This document shows, piece after piece, positions 56,849 through 64,000 of a stretch of 64,000 nt of DNA. The notes under the pieces are model-generated. The model was not told the origin of the DNA and made no database searches. It saw nothing but the letters and a program-made list of their open reading frames with translations. The DNA is from a virus: positions 7,639 through 71,638 of IMG/VR virus record IMGVR_UViG_3300045922_001038. One strand, 5' to 3'. Each line of letters opens with the position of its first letter. Position 1 is the first letter of the stretch. Position numbers and translations under genes: made by a program.

Positions 56849-59280
56849 TCAAGAACGTTACCCACGTCGTCCTGAGGGACGACGAGCCGGTCGTAAAACA
56901 CGACATTGGCATCCGCAAAGAGGACATGGGCGTAGTAACCAAATTGCTACGGTCGTCCATCTACTCAGACCCAATCGGCACCATAGTGCGCGAGTACACC
57001 AGCAACTGCCTGGACGCGCACGCGGAGGCTGGCATTGAAGACGTGCCGGTCGAAGTGTCGATAACAGCATCAACCCGCGACATCTTGGTAGAGGCCAACT
57101 ACACGATTTCGTTCCAAGACTACGGCATCGGGATAAGCCCAGACCGTATTGCAAACATCTTTTGCAACTACGGGGCCAGTACGAAGCGAGAAAGCAACGA
57201 CTACATAGGCGGGTTTGGCATTGGCGCCAAAAGCATGTTTGCCTATACGAACACCTTTTTCGTGCGTACAGTGCACAATGGGGTGGAGTATTTGTACAAT
57301 TGTTTGCTTGACGAAAACGACGACAGCACCATTGAACTGGTGTACAGCACGGAGACCACCGAAAAGTCCGGTACCAAAGTGTTTGCGTCGATACTGTCCG
57401 ACAACGACGTGCAAGCTTTCAAAAGGGCTATAGGTAAGCAGCTGTTGTTTGTACAAAACAAAGTGCGGTTTTCATTACTTGGTCTCAACAGTGAGGAGTC
57501 GTCCAATGAGCTGTTTGGGCAAATCCAAGTGGTAAAAACAACTCCGCTGTACCACATAATACACGTAAAGCAAAACGTACATGCGTTTTCGAACCTGTGC
57601 GCGGTAGGTGATATTGCCTATTCGTTTCCCCACAGCGATTACTTTCAATCCATTGTAACTCAGTACAATGCGCAAACCCACCACATAGTCCCACGGTTTA
57701 AGATCGGAGAGTTGCAAGTAACGGCAAGTCGGGAAAACATCTACCTTGATCCAAATGGAAAGACTATCCGGTTTATTGAGCAACGATTCACAGAAATTCG
57801 CGAAACGGTGCTCAAAGACATCAAGCGTATAATAAGTACCGTTGACTACGCTACATTGTTGAGATTCTTGTTACTGGATCGAAATTTGATCCAGCTTCCA
57901 GAATTGATGTTTAGGTTCTACCAAGTCGAATTTGAAAGTACTCTGTTTGGTCCAAATTGGAATTTGTACAAACAAATGTACACTACGCTGAATGGGATAA
58001 GCGTCAATCCAATTGAGCTAGTCAAAGTTGGAAACGTTTATTACATAGGACCTAACAACAAGCGTTCAACCTACAAGTTACTTAGAAACGCCAAACAACA
58101 GTCAATACCGTTGTTGGACGTTAGCCACCGGACAGTGCAATCCAATTCTTTGGTCTGGATATGGCTAACCGTGTTGCCGTACGTCCAAAAAGGGATTCCA
58201 ATCACCCGGAAAGTGTTAGCAGCTTGCCATTCCAATCCGGAAAAAATCCGGTTCGCTTTCCTGTTGTTGCGGGTACTGGAAAATCACTTTGGAACTACCT
58301 TGACTGTATATACAGGCACTGTAAAGTCAGTTGCCAAACAGTTGGGGATACAGAGTGGTAGTCTTCCCCTCGATGAAGTCAAAGTTAAACAAAGGAGTGT
58401 GATACGTGATTTCAATGCCAGAGTGTACAGAACAAACTGTTTGGTAAGTGAAATTACTAATTACGAAACCTTTAGTAGTGTGTTTAACGCTCCAAACACT
58501 ATGTTCTATGTCGTTTTGGCGAAACAAGATACTTTGTTCAAAGCGTCATTGAGGACCTGCCAAAGGTTTTTACCAGAGTTTAGCTGGGGCAAACCAAAAG
58601 TGTCTGTAATATCAATGGTGGTGTTGTATCGCCAACGTGATTACAAGCGTATCATAGGGCTGTTCAAACAATGCCCGAATGTGAAATTTGTCGAAGTCGA
58701 CAATTCGGACCATGCAGAATCGCTCGAAGGGAAATTGCTTAGTCTATGGAAGCCGCTGATCTACTTAGCTGCTTGGTATCAGCTGCTAAAGGTAAACAGT
58801 TTTATCCATCGCATTGGCTTTTTGCCAGAGCCGAACGATTTGCGTGTGCGTAACTACACAGACGGTGTAAATTGGAGGGATTACCCGTACCTTTTGACCA
58901 AGCAAGGGAGAAATTTGTACGACAGGCTAAGTGCCATTGTAAAAAATCTCTCTTCCTTGGAAGCGGACTCTCGAAACGACATGCAACTAGCGTTGTTTCC
59001 TTTTGTCAAACTACAGGAGGAAATACAATGCACAGCTTCAATGCCCGCCGTATCCGTAATCAAGGAAAACTTGTACTCAGACCTAACCCAATTATACAAC
59101 AGAGCAGTACAATTGCTTGCAGACCAAAACCAATCCGTAGCACTTATATTGCGACACAGCAAAACCCTTTTACACTTTACCAACCAACTACTTACTTATG
59201 TGGAACAAACAACCCCTCCGTTACCGGCTACACAACGATCAATTGACGTTGATAGCGAACGGACAGACTTACAGCCGTAA
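56842..59280 (+). CDS. rIIA: rIIA-like protein (GHKL ATPase N-domain)
   Basis: IYSDP...VREY.SN..DAH, DYGIGIS, YGASTKR.SN..IGGFGIGAKS, SRE. Confidence 0.88.
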   Translation: MVIKNVTHVVLRDDEPVVKHDIGIRKEDMGVVTKLLRSSIYSDPIGTIVREYTSNCLDAHAEAGIEDVPVEVSITASTRDILVEANYTISFQDYGIGISPDRIANIFCNYGASTKRESNDYIGGFGIGAKSMFAYTNTFFVRTVHNGVEYLYNCLLDENDDSTIELVYSTETTEKSGTKVFASILSDNDVQAFKRAIGKQLLFVQNKVRFSLLGLNSEESSNELFGQIQVVKTTPLYHIIHVKQNVHAFSNLCAVGDIAYSFPHSDYFQSIVTQYNAQTHHIVPRFKIGELQVTASRENIYLDPNGKTIRFIEQRFTEIRETVLKDIKRIISTVDYATLLRFLLLDRNLIQLPELMFRFYQVEFESTLFGPNWNLYKQMYTTLNGISVNPIELVKVGNVYYIGPNNKRSTYKLLRNAKQQSIPLLDVSHRTVQSNSLVWIWLTVLPYVQKGIPITRKVLAACHSNPEKIRFAFLLLRVLENHFGTTLTVYTGTVKSVAKQLGIQSGSLPLDEVKVKQRSVIRDFNARVYRTNCLVSEITNYETFSSVFNAPNTMFYVVLAKQDTLFKASLRTCQRFLPEFSWGKPKVSVISMVVLYRQRDYKRIIGLFKQCPNVKFVEVDNSDHAESLEGKLLSLWKPLIYLAAWYQLLKVNSFIHRIGFLPEPNDLRVRNYTDGVNWRDYPYLLTKQGRNLYDRLSAIVKNLSSLEADSRNDMQLALFPFVKLQEEIQCTASMPAVSVIKENLYSDLTQLYNRAVQLLADQNQSVALILRHSKTLLHFTNQLLTYVEQTTPPLPATQRSIDVDSERTDLQP

Positions 59281-60262
59281 TTTGACCAGTGGGGAGGACT
59301 TAACGTTTTCCGAACTCTTTGTGAATTACCACAAGACGCTTGCAAATCCAGCCTCGTCAGAAGCGGACTGCGAGTTTGCCGAAAAGCAACTGCTCTATTT
59401 CTTCTCTCCAAGCCTGCTGTTGGAACAACTGCACGAAAACGTAAGTGTGGACACTAGCACGGGCAAAGTGATGGTGGAAATAGACGGGACGCAAACCACG
59501 TTGCCGGACACCCTTGGCAAAATCACCCGGACGCTTTACAAGGACAAGCGGATCAAGGATTTCGAGAGCGTTCTCAAGTTCTGGACCAAACTTGTACGAA
59601 ACCCAACGGTTGAGCTGAGGGACCGGCTCTTCGACTTTACCCACTACTGCCAAAACCAAATTACGCTGGACGGCAACTTCATTGGTTACAAGGCCGTGGC
59701 ACGCGTGGTGGTGCGGGACAAAGAGAAGTTTAACGAGCAACTTGCCAACATCGTGAACGTTCTGGACGAAGCCGACGCAAAGAAATGCGTGTTGGCTTAC
59801 GAGGCACGGTACGAAGAACTGATTTGCACTATGCACGAATCGTTGGTATCCCCCGAGCACTACCTGCTCGGCACCGTATGGGACATCCATTCGAGGATTG
59901 CAGGCAAGACGTACAACTACAGCGTAGGGTACACGGACATTTACTCAGGACGGACTACCATACAGCTGAACAGGGTAGTGTCGATGCCACGCAACGAGTG
60001 CGACGAAGACCCGTCCGAAGCTTGCAGCAGTGGGCTGCACGTTGGGTCTTTCCGCTACGCGATGGATTACTCCAACTGCCTCAGCAACCCCAACCACGCA
60101 ATGTTGGAAGTGTTGGTATCCCCGACGGACGTGGTGGCGGTCCCGGAGTACTGCGCCGAAAAACTGCGGACAGCGCGTTACTTGCCCGTTGCGGAAATCG
60201 GGGTTGACAGCCCACCGGCAAGCGTGTACATAAACCACCGGGAGTTCTCCCATCTATTGTGA
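59198..60262 (+). CDS. rIIB: rIIB-like protein
   Basis: FW..L..NP, ITLDGNFIGYKAV, MPR..CD.DP...CSSGLHVG, V.P.DVVAVP, KLRTARY. Confidence 0.9.
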   Translation: MWNKQPLRYRLHNDQLTLIANGQTYSRNLTSGEDLTFSELFVNYHKTLANPASSEADCEFAEKQLLYFFSPSLLLEQLHENVSVDTSTGKVMVEIDGTQTTLPDTLGKITRTLYKDKRIKDFESVLKFWTKLVRNPTVELRDRLFDFTHYCQNQITLDGNFIGYKAVARVVVRDKEKFNEQLANIVNVLDEADAKKCVLAYEARYEELICTMHESLVSPEHYLLGTVWDIHSRIAGKTYNYSVGYTDIYSGRTTIQLNRVVSMPRNECDEDPSEACSSGLHVGSFRYAMDYSNCLSNPNHAMLEVLVSPTDVVAVPEYCAEKLRTARYLPVAEIGVDSPPASVYINHREFSHLL

Positions 60263-60747
60263 AATCTGCGTCGATTGTATCTCCACCCTCTTCATTGAGG
60301 GTGGAGATTTTTGATTACCAGAGTTACATGGTTTTGGGGAAATCAAAACCAAGGAAACTATACGTGAATTGGAATTTGATTTGGAATGGCCAGATCAGCA
60401 AGTTTTCCAGGGCCTCGCTCAAAAAGCAGTTGGAAACGTACCTAGGGACGCACATAGACGCGCAACTAGGGCCTTACAAAGGCTTTTTACGGGAAAACGT
60501 GGGAAAGACCTGCCGGCTGTCCATCGAAATGGAAGTGCACAAAAAACGCCGCAAACCCTTGTGGGACACGGACAACTTGGGCATTTGGGTAAAGGCTTTC
60601 AACGACACCCTGAAATCAAGGGGTTATATTGAAGACGACAACTACTTGTACATCAAAAAATCAGGGGGAGTCGAGGAATTTGAGCTTCCTTTGAATTCGA
60701 CTTTTGACAAACTGCTTGCTTTCAATCTACACTTTGTAAACTTATGA
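60259..60747 (+). CDS. RusA-like Holliday junction resolvase
   Basis: WDTDNL..WVKAFNDTL...GYIEDDN. Confidence 0.7.
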   Translation: MKSASIVSPPSSLRVEIFDYQSYMVLGKSKPRKLYVNWNLIWNGQISKFSRASLKKQLETYLGTHIDAQLGPYKGFLRENVGKTCRLSIEMEVHKKRRKPLWDTDNLGIWVKAFNDTLKSRGYIEDDNYLYIKKSGGVEEFELPLNSTFDKLLAFNLHFVNL

Positions 60748-61745
60748 TAGCCACCGTACTTGCGGACTCTGCGTTCAAAGGGTCCAGGCTCACCACGATG
60801 GTAGTCAAGATCCCTAGGATGCTGCTGTCTGAGTTCAACACACACCGCGCGTTCTCGCGCAACAGCGCGTCGTCCCGTGCGATACCCTTTGTGAAGCGGT
60901 CTTCCGACTTGAAGAAAGGGCTTAACTCCACGACGCACTCCGTAGACCCAAACTACTGGAAAACGGAACACGACGCCTTCATCCCTTGGCATTGGCCAAA
61001 AGCCAATAAAGGGATGCAAGGGATACTGAAGCCTGTTTACGAGCACCAGTCGGAATGCGCAAACTATTGGGTAGCCCTCGGCAAGGAAGCGGTGTCCAAG
61101 GCAGCCGTGTTTGCGTCTGAACCTTACAACCTGCACAAATCGATACCAAACCGGCTGTTGGAGCCGTTCTTATGGCAAACGGTCTTGGTTACTGGGAACG
61201 AAGCCGCGTACAAATCGTTTTTCGAACTGCGCGGTGCCCCAACGGTCAATTTGCAAGGGGGAGGGCCAGCCGTGCCCATACGGGATATTTTCGCGTCCCG
61301 GCCAAAGGACGTTGCCATATCGTCCTACGAATACGGGGAAGCAGAGCCCCACTTCACGGACTGCGCGATGGAGATGCTTTCCGCGTACTTGCGCAGCGTG
61401 CCGGTGGACCTCACTGCCGTCGACTATTCCATGCATGCGCCGTTCATCGACTTTGGAAAAGACATCGAGCGCATCAAGGAAGCCTACAGGCGGATAAACC
61501 CGGAGGTACAGCTGGGCCACTTTATCGGTTTCATATCGGCGGCTAGGTGCGCGAGGGTAAGCTACGACAACGTAGACGGGACTTCATCCACGCTGGAAGC
61601 TGATTTTGAGCTGTCTTCACGCCTAGTGAAAAATAGGCATTACTCGCCTTTGGAACATTTTGCATTTGCAGACCGCTCGGCAACCGACCGGTTGGCTCGA
61701 AACTACAAAACCCATTGGGCCCAATTGCGCGCTTACTATGACTGA
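60744..61745 (+). CDS. thyX: FAD-dependent thymidylate synthase (ThyX-like)
   Basis: EFNTHRAFSRNSASSRAIP, LHK...NRLLEPF, FFELR, SAARCARVSY, H.SPLEH. Confidence 0.85.
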   Translation: MIATVLADSAFKGSRLTTMVVKIPRMLLSEFNTHRAFSRNSASSRAIPFVKRSSDLKKGLNSTTHSVDPNYWKTEHDAFIPWHWPKANKGMQGILKPVYEHQSECANYWVALGKEAVSKAAVFASEPYNLHKSIPNRLLEPFLWQTVLVTGNEAAYKSFFELRGAPTVNLQGGGPAVPIRDIFASRPKDVAISSYEYGEAEPHFTDCAMEMLSAYLRSVPVDLTAVDYSMHAPFIDFGKDIERIKEAYRRINPEVQLGHFIGFISAARCARVSYDNVDGTSSTLEADFELSSRLVKNRHYSPLEHFAFADRSATDRLARNYKTHWAQLRAYYD

Positions 61746-62787
61746 TTACACATTACCAAACGGAGCGGTGTTTACGCAAAACCCGCAATTTGAACCTTTC
61801 CTCGGCGGAATCCCAGATGCAGACTACTTCAGGCTGCCGTACATAAGCAACAGTTTCCTCGGGCTCGTTAACGCAGGGATAGATTGTTTGCTAGCCCCTG
61901 TAAAAGAAGACACAGGCAGCCCGGCAATGTCATTTGGGTCGCTTGTCCATTGTCTGTTGCTTGAACCTGAGCTCTTTGACGACAGGTACAAAGTGTACGA
62001 CAACCTAAGTGCACCAAAGCCAGATTCAGTCGCCTACAAAGCGTTGCAGTCAATCCAAGCCTTGATGGGCAAAGAGGACGCAATCAAGCTGTTGTCAGAA
62101 GAAAGCATTACGGAAGAGTCTGCCGAAAAGTGGGGGCAAGTGGCCGCCATGATAGAGACCCGGTACAAAGCAAACACGATAAAGGCGAAGGCACAGGAGT
62201 ACGTTGACTACGCAATCAACGTATTGTACAACAATGCCCCACAAACGGCAATTACGTTGGAAACATATGAACTTGCTTGCAAACTAGTCGAAACAGCCAA
62301 AAACACCCCGATGTGGAAAACCTTGGTAGAAAACACAGCCAAATGCGAGCAAACCGTATGCACGACTTTGCCAGACTCGAATGGCTTTGTATGCAAAGGA
62401 AAAATTGATTTGCACACTCCAAACGCTTTGGTAGATGTAAAGACAACGTCAAAAAGCATTAACCAGTTTAAAGCCGATTATTTACGTCGTCAATACTACC
62501 GACAATTGGCTTTTTATTTGGATTTGTACAACGAAGTTGCTTTTGCACAAAACCAACCTTTGATAAGCAATTCTTCAACCTACATTCTAGTTATTCAAAC
62601 CATAGAACCATATTTGGTTTGGTGGGTTGAGTTGTCTAGTAATGACATTGAAGAAGGTGCTAAGCGATACAAGAAATTGTTAGGGGAAATTACGTCTCGT
62701 ATGATTACCAATAATTGGGAAATACCAGCGCAAGTCTTTGACAATTTCTCAAACGAAAATGACCTGTTTAGGTTGCTTGAGTTTTAA
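61738..62787 (+). CDS. PD-(D/E)XK exonuclease (RecE/ExoVIII-like)
   Basis: ISNS.L, FGSLVHCLLLEP, KGKID...DVKTT, YYRQLAFY. Confidence 0.85.
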   Translation: MTDYTLPNGAVFTQNPQFEPFLGGIPDADYFRLPYISNSFLGLVNAGIDCLLAPVKEDTGSPAMSFGSLVHCLLLEPELFDDRYKVYDNLSAPKPDSVAYKALQSIQALMGKEDAIKLLSEESITEESAEKWGQVAAMIETRYKANTIKAKAQEYVDYAINVLYNNAPQTAITLETYELACKLVETAKNTPMWKTLVENTAKCEQTVCTTLPDSNGFVCKGKIDLHTPNALVDVKTTSKSINQFKADYLRRQYYRQLAFYLDLYNEVAFAQNQPLISNSSTYILVIQTIEPYLVWWVELSSNDIEEGAKRYKKLLGEITSRMITNNWEIPAQVFDNFSNENDLFRLLEF

Positions 62788-62792
62788 CGCCA

Positions 62793-63398
62793 ATGTTTGT
62801 ACAACAACGAACTTTCAATTGTAGCTACTACGGCTTACGACCTTTGTTGTATTTACAAAGTGATTTGTACAAGAAGGCCGTGCTTAACACCTATTGTTTT
62901 GTCGACCAAACTACAAAGGTGTTATCGTATCCGAAATCAGTGTACTTACTACTGGACAAAGCAAAAATAAACACTGAAATACTACAAAAACAAAGCGACG
63001 ATTCCACTGATTTTGAAGTTGACTACATTGATCAAATGCTTTTGCCTTACTACTACACTCACGGAATCTACGATGAGTTAGTAGATTGGTACGAAAACGA
63101 TACCAATCTGCTGTTAGTGGCTAAACTGCAAGAGTGTTTTTTCGATGATTACTTGCTATTCTTTGAAGGTAAATACTCCCATTACAGCGAACAAGCGAAG
63201 AAAAAAGCTTTACAAACAGAACCAAAAGCAATGGAATTGAATGGGAAATTCTACCGCAACTCGTACTGGAGTTTGTTTTATCCCGGGGAATCTGAACGAC
63301 GAATTGTAGAACAGATATTTGAGACAAAACTGGAAACGGTACCGGAGACAATGCACATCCCGATTAAAAGCCAAGAAACGCTGCACGTCGAATTCTAA
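62793..63398 (+). CDS. Conserved hypothetical protein
   Basis: 201 aa with DY.LF.EGKYS; last gene of the replication operon. Confidence 0.6.
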   Translation: MFVQQRTFNCSYYGLRPLLYLQSDLYKKAVLNTYCFVDQTTKVLSYPKSVYLLLDKAKINTEILQKQSDDSTDFEVDYIDQMLLPYYYTHGIYDELVDWYENDTNLLLVAKLQECFFDDYLLFFEGKYSHYSEQAKKKALQTEPKAMELNGKFYRNSYWSLFYPGESERRIVEQIFETKLETVPETMHIPIKSQETLHVEF

Positions 63399-63402
63399 AT
63401 GG

Positions 63403-63430
63403 AAAAGGCCACCTTACGTGGCCTTTTTTT
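63403..63430. terminator. Bidirectional terminator between convergent modules
   Basis: AAAAGGCCAC-CTTAC-GTGGCCTTTTTTT. Confidence 0.8.
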
Positions 63431-64000
63431 TAATTGTGCTTTAGATAATAGCTCGACGTTTGCTCCAAGTATTCGGCTTTGATTACTTGGTTCCAAACCG
63501 GCACCAAACGGCCTAGTTGGACGTATAGCTTGTTTTCCCCTCGGTACGGGCCTCCACGGTAAGTGAGGGTGGAAGGGTCAATCGCGCCTTGTATCAGAGT
63601 GCTGGTCAGTTTGACTGCACGGTCCACCACGGACTGGGCGGCAAACGGGTCATTCAACATCCGGTTTGCCTGAGGGATAAACCCATAGCTGGGACGTCCG
63701 TAATTGTCCGGCACCATAGGGTAAAAAGCCGACAAGTGGGCCGTGAGCTCGTCCGTGAGGCGCAAACCCATATTGACCAGCAATCGGCCGAACCAACTCA
63801 TTTTCCGTTTCTCCTCGATGTCGAATTGGCTGTGCGCAAACACGGACAGCATGGTAAGCGACAGGATTACCCCTAACTCGGCCCAGTTCTTGCGCATGTC
63901 CCGTTGGTTCAATTCCACCATCTCGGGGGTTTTGCCAAACTTGCCCAGCAGTATGTCTTGTACGTAGCGGTCGTTTTTTCCTTTTTTCTTTTTCAGCAAC
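63430..64000 (-). CDS. C-terminal end of giant virion cargo/RNAP-type protein (5' part outside window)
   Basis: Open to the window edge; hydrophobic helix, R...EL, P.AA and Y.GGPYRGENK motifs like the C-terminus of the last crAss giant protein. Confidence 0.7.
   Translation of the reverse strand, partial: LLKKKKGKNDRYVQDILLGKFGKTPEMVELNQRDMRKNWAELGVILSLTMLSVFAHSQFDIEEKRKMSWFGRLLVNMGLRLTDELTAHLSAFYPMVPDNYGRPSYGFIPQANRMLNDPFAAQSVVDRAVKLTSTLIQGAIDPSTLTYRGGPYRGENKLYVQLGRLVPVWNQVIKAEYLEQTSSYYLKHN

Noticed and set aside
1-64000. Stop-codon reassignment as seen in some crAss-like phages
   Set aside because: Long genes are intact in the standard code, and both TAG (dut) and TGA (many genes) act as genuine stops.

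Overview
The window is most of a crAss-like (Crassvirales-type) Bacteroidota phage genome read in the standard genetic code. The minus strand (1-32.2 kb) carries the virion module: a giant zincin-plus-RNA-polymerase ORF that runs off the window start and is missing from the ORF track, two cargo proteins, muzzle/stabilisation protein, ring proteins, tail hubs, auxiliary capsid protein, major capsid protein, scaffold, portal and terminase. The plus strand (32.5-44.6 kb) is an early/accessory region with small genes, an IS30 relic, an origin-like non-coding block, helical-repeat paralogs and five pentapeptide-repeat genes. An inverted lysis/fibre cassette (44.6-48.3 kb) precedes the replication module (PolA, SF2 helicase, dUTPase, DnaB, RecT-like, primase, rIIA/B, RusA-like, ThyX, exonuclease). 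The window ends in the C-terminus of a giant cargo/RNAP-type gene, which suggests a circularly permuted genome. The most striking unexplained structure is a fixed-geometry element found seven times, each heading an early gene: a 16-nt box TTCCYHHCTYBGNNYY followed directly by a G-initiated, co-varying hairpin with an invariant 8-nt loop. It is a candidate virion-RNAP promoter/leader cassette system. All product calls come from motif recognition and gene order, not database searches.
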